Shown one piece after another: positions 39,018-51,629 of a stretch of 64,000 nt of DNA. Location: the NCBI GenBank assembly GCA_030770535.1, contig JASVEC010000027.1:682001-746000 (forward strand). Direction: 5' to 3'. Each line of letters starts with the position of its first letter. Position 1 is the stretch's first letter. The position numbers and the translations under genes are program-made. The notes below the pieces were generated by a model, which saw only the letters and a list, made by a program, of their open reading frames with translations, did no database searches and was not told the origin of the DNA. This DNA comes from Batkoa obscura. Its lineage: Eukaryota.

Positions 39018-41112
39018 AAATAAAAAACTTTGAATTAATTATACCTCATAAACTATAATTAAATTAACTATAAGACTAGTTGTAGTTTTATAAACAAGTT
39101 AAATAATTATTATGTTATAATTATAAAGCTGACAAATTAATATTTCATAACATTAAATAAATTAAATCTTTTTAAAATATCAATATTATTATATTAAAAA
39201 CGATAAAGTTTAATATAAAATTTATTTTAAAAAAATAATAGTTGATTTAATAATTAAATTTTTTTATAAAATAATACAAAGATATTTAAATAATAGTATA
39301 AAATTTTATATATCAACTGTTTTTATAAAAAATAGTTAATAAAAATATTTATTTCTATTTATTTTTTCACCTTACTATAGTTATTAATTTATTTAAATAT
39401 ATTTAAAGTATTTTTGTATTAATATTTTACTATTAAGTTTAAAATTTAAACAAATAATTAATTAAATTATTAAACAAAAAATATTATTATTATTTAATCA
39501 CAATTTTAATAAAAAAAGCTATTTATGCTTTTAATAAATATATCAATCGTATCAATATTGTAGTAATAAATTTCTTATATAATATAGCTAATAGTTTTTT
39601 ACATAGTAAAATTATATTTGTAATTAATATTATAATAACCAAAGTTGAAATTTTTATCCTTTTTTAATAATTCGATTAAAATTAAATTTGGAAATAATGA
39701 TTAAATTGTCAAATTATTTAAGTTTCTAAAAATAAGCTTTTAAAATTTCAAAATTTTTAGGGAGGGCGGCCCAGTGGTAATACAGTGCGCCTCCCTGTTA
39801 AAGAAGAAATTACCTATTAAAGTGTCATGTTCTGTTTTACACATTAAAAAATTCCAAAAGTTCCAAGTCTTCAAACTTTCTTCAGATATTATGTATATCA
39901 ATATTTTTCATTATCTCAAATAAACCAAACCTTCCATATAAATGAGTAATTTAAAAAAGTCTTGAAATAAAACCCGGATATTCGATCAAATTAAATAATC
40001 CCTTATTTCTAATAATGCTTACATGAAATTAAATTGTGTTTTGGAAAATTAAACATTTTAATTTAAATGATAGTTTTACTCATAGCTTAAAGATAATAGC
40101 ATTTACATATAATTTTGTCATAAACTTTTTATTTTATTATATTAACTTAAATTGCTTACTATCTTATTGTTTAGAAAGTTTTTTAAAGTTAAAAATAATT
40201 AAAATAAATAGTACAATTCAATTATTTTTAACAATAGCCATCAAACTCTTTTTTATCATTTTTACTAAAGTCAAACGTTTACTTGATAGGTTTCAAATTC
40301 ATTAATAGTAATTGGACTGTATAAATAATAATAAGTTAAATAGAATATTAGGCTATTTATTATCTATCAACATTAGTTTACCTCAAGTTACCTCCACACT
40401 TTTTATTTTTGATTAAATTGCTAAAGAAATAATTAGCGTTTCATTAATATATTCTTCACAATCTTTGATTTAATTGGACTAGATAATGGGACTTAAAGAT
40501 AAGAGAGATAGTGACTGCTTTTTATTTCAAAATGACTTTTCATTTATCTTATCTCAAATTTAAACAAAGACATGCGCTTAACCCCCCTCCTTAGGCTCTT
40601 TCCTAATAAAGCTAATATTCCTGACATATGAAAATTAAATGAAATAAAGATGATATGAATATTAGATAAACAATCCTTCTTATCTATAAGACATACATTA
40701 TATAGACTGAGTCGGATAATAAAAAGTATAACTATCATATGAAAGTATCCAAAATACATTTATAGCCCAATCATATATAAATTGTAGTGTTGAATAGTGC
40801 AAATAGTAACCAATTAGAGTAACACGATAGATCTTTTTGTAAATTTGTATGTTAATAATTATATTGATGTTCGATCAAAGTATACTCAATTTAGGCTTAG
40901 GAGAATTTAACCAGATTAGCGTAATAATAATCTATCCTAAATTATCTAACTATCAAATGTCAATTGATTATCCAATTAAATACGAAGATAATATGCTACA
41001 ATTTAACTTTATTGGAGTTTTAAAAAACATTTAATTTAGATTATCTCAATGAATAAAGTTTTATAAGCTAACTTTTATTCACATTTTAATGGCTTACAGT
41101 ATTATTTATATA

Positions 41113-41150
41113 GATAAAGAAAGATAAGTTTCTGTTACAAAGTATATAAA
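41113..41150 (+). promoter_or_regulatory. Paired GATA sites plus TATA box upstream of the ammonium transporter
   Basis: GATAA at 41113, GATAAG at 41123, TATATAAA at 41143. Confidence 0.55.
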
Positions 41151-41217
41151 TATAGAATAATTTCCAGCTCAAAATAATAATAAATTCTTTAATTCGTCAT
41201 TTAAAAGTCTTAGTAAT

Positions 41218-42675
41218 ATGGAAGAAACAACAACGTTTAATCAAGGAGATATCGCATGGATGCTAATGTCTACAGCATTAGTATTTTTAATGATTCCTGG
41301 ATTAGGGTATTTTTATTCAGGTCTAGCTCAAACGAAAAATGCCTTGTCGCTTATAATGCTATGTTGCATCTCATTAGCCATAGTAGGAATTGAATGGTTT
41401 GTAATAGGTTATAGTTTATCTTTTAGCAAAACTGGATCTTTTTTTATTGGAAATTTTGATAATGCATTCTTAATAAATGTTTTGGACAAGCCAAGTCCTG
41501 CATCTAGATCCATTCCTGACATTCTATTTATGATATATCAAGGCATGTTTGCTGCTATTACTCCTGCTCTTGCTGTGGGTGCTGCAGCAGAAAGAGGTAG
41601 GATTTTACCTAGCTCATTATTCATATTACTTTGGTCACTTTTTGCCTATAATTTTATCGCTTCATGGACTTGGTCTTCAAACGGTTGGGGCGCAAAATTG
41701 GGAGTTTTGGATTATGCTGGAGGAACTCCTGTACATGTTTCTTCTGGTTTTGCTGCATTAGTATTTTCCTTTATGGTTGGAAAGCGTACTGGTCATGGAC
41801 ATGAGGAATTTAAGCCTCACAACATGTCAAATGTTTTGTTAGGAACTGCCTTACTTTGGTTTGGATGGTTTGGGTTTAATGGCGGTTCTGCCTTGGCTGC
41901 AAATATTAGAGCAGTGGTATCATGTGTCAACACTAATATTGCTGCTTGTGCTGGTGCTGTTACCTGGGTTATTATAGAGTATTGCATTGGTAGTTATAAA
42001 TTCTCTGCATTAGCCTTCTGTAGTGGCGCTGTTGCTGGATTGGTTGCTATCACTCCAGCTGCTGGATATGTAGATATACCTTCAAGTATCTTATTTGGTA
42101 TACTTGGGAGTATAGTATGCTGTGCTTCAGTTAAATTTAAGGAATGGATGAAATGCGATGATGCTTTGGATGTCTTTGCTATACATGGTATGGGTGGTTT
42201 CGCCGGTAGCCTCCTCACTGGAATATTTGCACGCAAATCTATAGCAAATTTAGATCCAGAAATCGTGATCCAAGGCGGTTGGTTAGATGGGAATTTCATG
42301 CAAATACTTTATCAATTAGCAGATTGTTCTGCTGCTGCTATATGGTCTAGCTTAATCACGTTCGTTATTTTATTTATAATGAATCGTATTCCAGGCCTTA
42401 AAATAAGGGCAGACTGGGATAGTGAGTGTATGGGTATGGATCTTGCTGAATTAGGTGAATGTGCCTATCCATTTGTAGATGGTAATTCTCCTTCTTACAA
42501 AGGCTCAAATCATAGCGGATCTCATGTAAACGAAAAGGATGAATTGATTGTTGTTGAGTCAGATATGGATGCATGCTTAAGAAGTAAACCTACCCCAGTG
42601 ACTAAGCCTATAATTGATCGAAAAGATTCTTATACATCGAATCATGATATAAGAGCCTCTGGAGACTTAAACTAA
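41218..42675 (+). CDS. MEP: Ammonium transporter (Mep/Amt), intronless
   Basis: GDIAWML.STALV.LM.PG, DYAGGTPVH, LWFGWFGFNGGS, AGLVAITP, DDALDVFAIHG; both pore His residues present. Confidence 0.96.
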   Translation: MEETTTFNQGDIAWMLMSTALVFLMIPGLGYFYSGLAQTKNALSLIMLCCISLAIVGIEWFVIGYSLSFSKTGSFFIGNFDNAFLINVLDKPSPASRSIPDILFMIYQGMFAAITPALAVGAAAERGRILPSSLFILLWSLFAYNFIASWTWSSNGWGAKLGVLDYAGGTPVHVSSGFAALVFSFMVGKRTGHGHEEFKPHNMSNVLLGTALLWFGWFGFNGGSALAANIRAVVSCVNTNIAACAGAVTWVIIEYCIGSYKFSALAFCSGAVAGLVAITPAAGYVDIPSSILFGILGSIVCCASVKFKEWMKCDDALDVFAIHGMGGFAGSLLTGIFARKSIANLDPEIVIQGGWLDGNFMQILYQLADCSAAAIWSSLITFVILFIMNRIPGLKIRADWDSECMGMDLAELGECAYPFVDGNSPSYKGSNHSGSHVNEKDELIVVESDMDACLRSKPTPVTKPIIDRKDSYTSNHDIRASGDLN

Positions 42676-43568
42676 TTTATTAATTTACTCTTATTATTAT
42701 AATAAACAAATGTTTTTTTAAATCGTGTTATTGAAACTCCATCTTTTATTTTAACTTTAGAAATGTTAACACAATATGTGTACTTAAAAAACCTTACGCT
42801 ATAACAAGTTGGTTAAAGAAATAAGAGTTCTATCAAAGTTCATTTAAAGGTATTACTTCCAAGTTCGAGCATTTTGTTTTGAGTGTAGCTTAAAAAACTA
42901 AAGCAGACCAGGCAGATGATAGTCAACTTGGGTGTCAACCTATAGTCTTAGGCTCTATCCATAGGATAAAAACGTCAACTTTGAACTATTACTCAAATAT
43001 AAAGCCATTCTATGAATAATATTGGTTTTTCATTAGTTAAATAAATATGTTATTAGTTGTAACAGCTTATGTTTCTTTGATAGCATAGAGTTCTGTAGTG
43101 ACTGTACTTTAATATTGCAGTTCTATACTCTTAATACTAATTTTTTACTAGAGAAACCAATATTCTTTATAAAACAAACTTATACTCAAAATCAAAGTTT
43201 TATTATCAGTGTTTTTATAACCAAATAAATGGCTCTAATCAACCTAAAAAGGTCAATTGAAACAATTTTATATTATTTAAAATGAAATACTATACATTAA
43301 AACCCACAGATTTTTTTGGTAATATTTAATTATTATATATTGAATTAATGCTATACTGAAAACAAAAGTTATGTTTATTTTTAAAAATCAATTAATTTTA
43401 ATATAGTTTAGTAAATTTTTTATTAAATAATATGAAACAAAAATGATTAAATATTCCAAAAACTATACTATATTTTATATTATAAGTTTATGATATATTA
43501 AAAGCCTAGGTTTTATTAAAAATTATAAAATTATTCTTAAAAAATAATTAATTTTTAATATATAAGGA

Positions 43569-44029
43569 TGTGGAAGTTGGTACTCAGTAATTAGAGTTAA
43601 AAGCAGTTCTAGCTTAATTAACTGACCGTAAGTCGAAAGGTCTTAGTTTATGTAACTAAGATAGACTTAACTTAATAGAAATAGTACGTAATAAGCTACG
43701 AATTATGTAAACAAATACAATGGAAGATACTACTGTAAAATCTATATAAGATGTTGTCAGAAAGACTTAGTGACTTTATTAATGATACGTTATCAGGGAG
43801 TAGTCCAATCAAAAAGTCTCGAGTTATCATATTGAAGAATCTCTTTTATACTCCAATAAGTATGGATATTAAAAGGAGATAATATTGTTTGCAATATAAA
43901 GTTAGAAATTCTCGCAGCAAATCAAAATAAGGGACTCTGGTTTGATTGTGTTTGAACTTGAGAATACAACAATTTAAGTGATTGTTGTGTTATAATCAAT
44001 TTGAGAGCTAAATAAAGCAATATTTCACA
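43569..44029 (+). mobile_element. Solo-LTR-like repeat, copy 2
   Basis: TGTGGAA...TTTCACA; internal TATATAA (about 43743) and AATAAA (44011). Confidence 0.75.
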
Positions 44030-44395
44030 GCTTTTAAAGTTTGATTTTAAAATAGCTTAAATTTTTATAAAAACTGAATTATTTTAAAAATATTATATAA
44101 ATTTGTTTTAAATTTTTGATTTTTTATTATTATTATTTTCTAATATTAGGTTAAATTTTTATTAAAAATTAAGTTTTGAATTTTAAGCTTTAAGTAAGTT
44201 TAATTTAAAATTACTTTTTAAAAATAACCCACTTTGTAAATATTTTAAATATTTTAAAGTTAAATTTAGCAGCTATTAAAAATCTTTTAGCTTTATTAAT
44301 TAAATTTTAAATTTTAAATTTTAAAAGCAGTTTATTTTTTTAAAAGTTTTTTTGCTATTTATTATAAGATAACTGTAAACTATTAAAAAATATAT

Positions 44396-44494
44396 AGGGG
44401 TGTATTTTTTTGTTTAAGAATTTTACTGATAGCCTTTCCACTCAAATAGCGCTTAAAAGATGGAAAAAGTGATGAAGCCAAAAAAAACACCCTC
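44396..44494. mobile_element. MITE family A copy
   Basis: Family core; ATAT flanks. Confidence 0.9.
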
Positions 44495-44657
44495 ATATAC
44501 TAATGTCATCCTGATCATAAAAAATTATTAATAACAAACAAATTGTTCTTTAAATGTTTTATTAAAATTTTAATGATAGTCATTTATTAGTTCTAAAGTT
44601 TACTATATAGTATAATTGCAGTTAAAAAAGTAAAAAAAGAATTAAATTTTCATCCTG

Positions 44658-45142
44658 TGTGAAATAGTGCTTTATCAGCTCTATAATTGATTATAATTTA
44701 TATGACACAATTATTTCAGAGTTTTTTATTTCGATTTGCTATAAGAATTTCTACCACCTGATTGCAAAAAACATTATTCCTCCACTTTGATATATATATT
44801 TGGCAATTACAATAATAAACTATAGCTCTTACCATGCTCCATATATACAGACACTCAATTAAAGTATAAAACGGAGTTTTCAACATAACAACTTATAACT
44901 TTTTAGTCGAATTATTTTTTGATACTATACTTTTAGCAAAGCCATTAAGTTTTATAATATTTTATATAGATTTTATAACAATATCATTTATTTTATCTGT
45001 TTTATATAGTCCATAGCTTATTATGTGCTGTTTTATTAATCTAAGCTTATCTTAGTTACATAAACTAAGACCTTTTGAATTACAGCCAGTTAATTAAGCA
45101 AAAACTGCTTTTAACTCTAATTACTGAATATCAGCTTCCACG
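44658..45142 (-). mobile_element. Solo-LTR-like repeat, copy 3 (diverged)
   Basis: Reverse-complement match to copies 1 and 2, e.g. CTTAGTTACATAAACTAAGACC. Confidence 0.7.
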
Positions 45143-45520
45143 GCTTTAATATAAAAATAAAGTATGATAATTATTTAAATAACTAAGACAAATTATAAAA
45201 TTAACTTTTATAGTTTATATTTTTTTACTAAATTGTTTAAAACTGTTAAAAGTTTAATTTAACTTTAAAGCTTTTTATTCAAATTAATTTATATAAATAT
45301 AGAAAAAACATTCATGAATTAAAAAAATCATTATAATTATCATATTTAAAATATTAATATTAATAAAATCATTCAATATTGTTTTTTTGGGTTTTTTTTG
45401 GATTTAATTATTTAATATAAATCTTTTTTTTACTAAAAAACTATAATTTAAAAATAACTGAAAAGTATTTGAAATTTAAGAAATAATCTAAATTGTTTAT
45501 AAAAACTAAAAACATTATAT

Positions 45521-45618
45521 GAGTATGTTTTTTTTGGTTTCATCACTTTTTCCATTTTTTAAGCGCTATTTGAGTGGAAAGATTGTTAGTAAAATTCTCG
45601 AACAAAAAATACATCCTT
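45521..45618. mobile_element. MITE family A copy
   Basis: Family core; ATAT flanks. Confidence 0.9.
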
Positions 45619-45905
45619 ATATAAATAAATAAAAAGCATAATAAAAAAGCTTGTTTTTAATTTTACTTAAATTACAAAACTACTTTTAATAATTAAAAAC
45701 AACATATATTTATTGCAAAATTAATTTTGTCAAAACTATAAATATTATTTTTATATAGTTGATTTAATATAAATTTTTTTATAGCTTTTTAGTAATTATA
45801 TTTTTTACTTAAACAAAATTACATCTTTAGTTTTTTTATAAATACTAACTTAAGATTTATTAACTGGTGATGCTTTGTATTTAACGAGAACTTAAGCAGC
45901 TATAT

Positions 45906-46004
45906 GGGGATGTATTTTTGCGTTTGAGAATTTTACTAACAAATTTTCCACTCAAATAGCGCTTAAAAGATGGAAAAAATAATGAAGCTAAAAAAGACAC
46001 CCCC
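45906..46004. mobile_element. MITE family A copy
   Basis: Family core; flanks ATAT and ACAT. Confidence 0.9.
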
Positions 46005-46179
46005 ACATTTTTTATATAAACATGTTTAAAAAAAATTATTTAGCATTTAATTTAATGATTTTTTAAATAATTTTTTTAATTTTAGTGGAGTATCTTTTTT
46101 TAAAAGTATTTTTTTTTATATGTTAAAATTAGACTATTAACTTTAAACTTTAAAGCAACTTGATTTACAGATAAATATT

Positions 46180-46276
46180 GGGAAGTCTGTTTTTATTTAA
46201 GAAATTTATTAAGATTTTTTCCACTTGATGGCACTTAAAGAAATAAAAAAAGCGATGAAACCAAAAAAAACACCCC
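46180..46276. mobile_element. MITE family A copy, degenerate
   Basis: Diverged core ending GATGAAACCAAAAAAAACACCCC; TSD unclear. Confidence 0.7.
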
Positions 46277-46649
46277 AATACACTTTTAAAATTTGATATT
46301 TTTTCCCCAAAGCCCTTTATTTGCTACATTCTTGCTGATATGTTAGCCAGTCTAATATTATGATTGTTAGTTCTAAGGCAATAGTCATGTACTTTAAAAC
46401 TTTACTAATATTGTTATTATTCATTGTTTAATATATTTAATGATATTTAATTTAACATTTTATGAAATATACAAAATTATTTAACAATTTAACAATTTAA
46501 TAGTAAATTGTATTATACATATGAGCTAAGTTTAAAATCATTTTATAGCCATCAATTTAATACCATGAAATCTTAAGCTGGTTATAATGATGTATTCATT
46601 TTATTAACAAATAATAAACTATGAATGGGATCAAACCTACATTTTCACC

Positions 46650-47799
46650 TTATTTACGCAAAGCATGTGATTCCTTTTTGATAGCTTCGAGGTAAGCTCT
46701 TAAGTTATCAGGATTATGGTTAGGCAACATACCATGACCTAAGTTAGCAATCAAAGGCTGCTTGACAATTTGGAATTTCTTTAACATATCTTTAGCACGT
46801 TGTTGGATCACTTCGGGACTAGCAAATAAAACACAGGGATCTAAGTTACCTTGTAAAGTGTGGTTTTTCTTACCGATATGCTCAACAGCATATTCTGGAT
46901 CAATAGTCCAATCTAATGATATAACCTCAAAGACGTTTTGGTCCCCAAGTTTTCCTAAAGCATAATGCGCACCTTTTGCGAACAATATAAGAGGGGTGTC
47001 ATATCCAAGTTCAGCCAAATTTTTTTTAACTTCAGTACCAATTTGTAAAAGGTAAGGTAAAGAGAAAGCTTCAAAATCAGATGGACTTAATTCCCCAGCC
47101 CATGACTCAAATAATTGAAGCATTTGAGCACCAGCTTTAACCTGCTCAACCATATACTCAATTACAACTTTGGTTATACGCTTTAGGAGCAAGTGGCTTT
47201 CCTCTGGATGATTAAACAACCAGCTTTTTGCATTTGAGTGGTTCGATCCACTTCTACCTTCAATCATGTAAGAAGCTAAAGTCCATGGAGCACCTGAGAA
47301 TCCGATCAAAGGTACTCGACCATCAAGAGTCTTACGCGTTAAAGTGATAGCATCTAAAACATATTTTAAGCTATTTTTAACATCAACGTTTTTAACTAAT
47401 TTAGTTTCAATATCGCTTGGAGTTTCTAATCTTTCTTCAAAGTGGATTCCATATCCAGCTTTAATTTCGAATTTTAATCCCATTGCCTCACAGACAACTA
47501 ATATATCTGAAAATATAATAGCAGCGTCAAGAAGTCCATCATAACGATCTATAGGCTGTACTGTAACTTCACAGGCTAATTCAGGAGTACGACATACTTC
47601 ATTAAAGTCATGCTTTGCCCTTACTTCTCTAAATTCTAAAATATAAAAAAAGCTATAAATAATTTTGTGTCTTATTACCTGGCAGGTATCTACCTGCTTG
47701 GCGCATTATCCATGTAGGAACTCTATCTGTAATCTCGCCTCTGGCTGTGCGGAGAATAAGATCGTTTTTTAATGGAGGAAAATCGGAGTCTTTTAACAT
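46650..47799 (-). CDS. HEM12: Uroporphyrinogen decarboxylase, 2 exons
   Basis: [57 protein letters not shown]. Confidence 0.96.
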
Positions 47800-48271
47800 A
47801 ATGAAAGATAAAATAAAAAGATGACTTCACTCCTTTTTTATACATTATATTTTATCCAATCATTGCTAACTAAATGAATGTTTTAAACGTTTTCAAATTG
47901 AGATATACTCCTTAAGATTGTAATATTTAAAACGTTAACTTGTTTTGTTATGGATCATTATATACAAGCTAAATATTTGTCCATAAATAAAAAGGATACC
48001 CATGTATAAATAAAAAAAGATAGTTTAAATTATGTCTAAATTATCAAAACTACTATCATTGATTAAAAGTTTTAGTAATGTGACATTTTTTTATAAATTT
48101 GATAAGACTTTATATACTGTTCTATTTAATTGTACCAAATGTAAGATTTGCTCTTATTATAATTTTTATACCAGTTTAATGTAGTTATAATTGTTTTTTT
48201 AAAAATTTAGAACAATAAAAACTAAAATTCTATTTTAATCTATTTATTAGAATTAAAGTGTGTAATGTCTA

Positions 48272-50442
48272 TTATACTTTTTTCTTTTTATATTCTTTAG
48301 TTCCTAAAACTAATAAACAAAAGTAAACATAAATATTTGTAATAAAAATATCGATTAAATTACCTGAAGCTTTCTTCTTTTCTGAGCTACTTTGAAACCA
48401 TGTTCTTGCTGGTCTTGCTTTAATCTCTGCTTCATGCTTCATCAAATTTTCCGCTTTCGTTATTTCCATTTCAGCTTTGGAAAGCTACATCAAATGTTAA
48501 ATATTAATAGAAATATGTATAAATAATGTGTTTACCATTTTTTCTTCTTTCTCTTCTTTCAAAATTGCTTCTATCTTTGGTGCTAATTTACTCAATTTTT
48601 TAGAGTATTTTTCTACAAGTTCTTGTGGAAGGTTTCTATGTTTAACTGGATTATTTTGTTTATCTGTATTTGATTTAATAGCAGCTTTTAGTAGTTTACG
48701 ATCTGCTTCACCAACCAAACTTATGGATCGACCAGTTCTCCCAGCACGTGCAGTACGCCCAACTCTATGTAGATATTGTGCAAATTGGTTAGGCATGTTG
48801 TAATTAATGACAGTATTGACCCCTTGTATATCCAAACCACGAGATGCTAAGTCAGTTGCCAACAAATAGTCCACATTACCATCTCTAAAATCTTCTAAAG
48901 CTTTTATTCTCTTAAACTTATTAAAATTTTGTTGCTTATTCAATAAAATTTAGTTTTACCTGTTCTTGTGTCAAATTTCCGTGCAATTCTGCAGCATTTA
49001 AAGACATCAATCCGAAGACAATTTTCATTTGATGTGCAGCAGCTTTAGACCGAAAGAATATAATACATCTATTTCTAAATTTCTTACATAATGTTATTAA
49101 CATTGCAGCTCGGTCGTCTTCACGATGAGAACGAACTCTCACAAACTCTTGAATAAGTCTTTTTGCAGCAGACTTACTTGAATCAATCATTAAACGTACT
49201 GGGCGCTTCAAAGACAGGCGGATAAGTTCATCAACATTATCAGTCATAGTGGCAGAGAATAACATGGTTTGTCTTTCTTTAGGACATGACTTTACAATTT
49301 CGTTAAGCTCATCTGCAAAACCATCTTCCAACATTCTATCGGCTTCATCCATAACCAAAATTTCAACAGAATCTAAAGAAAATGATGCAGAATTCCTAAT
49401 ATGATCAATTAAACGACCTGGTGTAGCAATTATAAAATCAGGTCTTTCTTTCAAAGAAGACTCCTGGTTTTTTAAAGAGAGACCACCTAAAAATAAATTA
49501 AAAATGGTACTGAGATATTAAAATAACATTACCAACACAAAGACAAAAAGTGATATCTGTAAACGTTGCTATTTTAACTGCTACATTATGACATTGCATC
49601 GCCAATTCACGAGTAGGACATAAAATTAGTACCCTTGTGAGAGGGACGGAGCGAGGACGATAAAGAAGTCTCTCAACAATAGGCACTACAAAAGCTGCAG
49701 TTTTACCTGAACCTGTTACAGCACCACCACATAAATCTTTACCCATAAGTGCAACTGGTATAGCTCTAGCTTGAATTGGTGTGGGTATTACAAAACCTAA
49801 GCTACTTAAGCCCTTTAAAATTGGTCTAGAAAGATTCATTGAAGCGAAGGTATCTGCAACTTCTCCATCATTATCCTCTTCTGGGGCAAAATAAGCCTTT
49901 TTACGTTGCTTTTGTTCTTCAGTTTCTTCTTCACTGTCGTCTATTTCGGTTTCATTTTCGGTTTCATTTTTTTCATCTTCGCTTCCGCTTACAGTCCCTT
50001 CAGAGTCTGTTTCCTCTTCTTCGTCAGAGCCAGATCCGGTTTCTGCCTGCTCGCTTTCATTTTCAGACCCTTCTTCATCTACATCTACATCGATTTTCTC
50101 ATTTTTTGAAATTTTCTTTGCTAAATGATGTGAAATCTTTTCATCAATTGTAGTTCGGGTCGAGGTAGATGTGGATCTCACTTTTAAACCTGCTTTAGCA
50201 GCGGAGAACTCCATAGTGTTAAAAGAAGAGGCAATGCTATCATCCATTAAATCAAAATTAAAGTCTGGGTTCAATTCTTCTTCAACTTGAATCTTAACCT
50301 TCTTTGATGATTTTTGTTTCTTCTTATCCATTGGAGCAGCTTCTTCATTCTCATCATCATCAAAGTTTATTATTTGATCATCTTTAATAGTTCTTATAAA
50401 GTCATCAGAAGCCTTCTTTTTATTAGCTTTGGTTTTTACCAT
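48272..50442 (-). CDS. DRS1: DEAD-box RNA helicase Drs1/DDX27, multi-exon
   Basis: [54 protein letters not shown]. Confidence 0.93.
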
Positions 50443-50657
50443 TTTGAAATAAAAATATTAATCAAGGTAGCTTTGAATTTTAAATTTTAGCTTGATAGTT
50501 GTTTTTATTTTTAGTGGTTAATGATAGATTTCAATAAAATGAAAATATTATAAACTTTAGCAAAAATAATAAAACAAACTTTAAGCTTAATAATAGTAAA
50601 AAACACTTATTAATTTAATATGTAATTAAACATCAAGGCACTTGGTCAAAACTCTAA

Positions 50658-51535
50658 TTATTTATTATTCCGTGATAAAGATACACCTAGAGAGTGTGCT
50701 ATCATCCTCTTGGCTGGACCACAATCAGCTTTAGGCTTAATTCTTGCTACTTTAGATCCTTCTATTATGTTTCATTAAATAATTAATGTTATCATATAAA
50801 AGGATAATTTAATACCTTCTGCATTTCCATTATTTGTATCTTGTTTATCATAATAACTTAATGTACCCCCTAATTTTTTACTCCTATAATATTTCAGAGC
50901 TTCCTCAGCTTTATACTATTAAATGTAATTTGCAAAAATATTGGAAATGGAATATTACCTAATTTTAAAGACTCGAAATTTAAAGTAACGGTTGAATCAT
51001 TAAGATACCTTAATTTTATTCCCTTATTCCCTCTATATGCTTTAAATAAATCCATAATGCCAAGCACATCTAATTTCTCTGGGTAATCTTTCCATTCTAA
51101 AGTCGCAGTTATCTGTTCCTTAATCTGAACTTGCTCTAACCTTGAAGTTAATGAATCTACGGGATCGTAAACTGCTGAGGCCCATTTACTACTCTCTAAT
51201 CCTCCTTTAACAGGATTATTTTTCTTGCTTGGCTTTGTTTGATTCGCTCCATCGTTGTTGGTTTCTACTTTTTTGATATTCGTTTCTTGCTGAGACAATT
51301 TTGCTGCATCAGAATCCTTTTTAATTGGCTCTTTACTCTTTTTCGTAGTTTTCTTTGGTAAATTGATCGTATCCTTTACCTCTATCGTTGACCATTTACT
51401 ACCTGATAATGTACTATTTTTTTCGACCTTTATATTAACTTTGTTTTCTTTTTTCTCGGTTGTTTTTTGGTTTGGCTGAAGGATTTCAAGCTCTTCCTCT
51501 ACTTCATCTGCCCAATCGAAGCTATCTAATGACAT
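50658..51535 (-). CDS. Low-complexity N-terminus plus RRM-like domain (R3HCC1/Thc1-like), 3 exons
   Basis: LEWKDYP...LFKAY...IKLRYLNDSTVTLNF; C-terminus IKPKADCGPAKRMIAHSLG. Confidence 0.6.
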
Positions 51536-51629
51536 TTAAAAAATAAATTCAACTTCGAATATTACGTAAATTTTAACATTGCTTAAAATAAGCAATATGA
51601 AACAATTGTACTTTTTTATTCTTGATAAA

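Noticed and set aside
39760..39840. tRNA-Gly gene
   Set aside because: Only a D-arm-like stretch; no anticodon stem or TTC-containing T-loop
38537..44029. Intact LTR retrotransposon
   Set aside because: No gag/pol, PBS, PPT or TSD; the two repeats are too different to be paired LTRs
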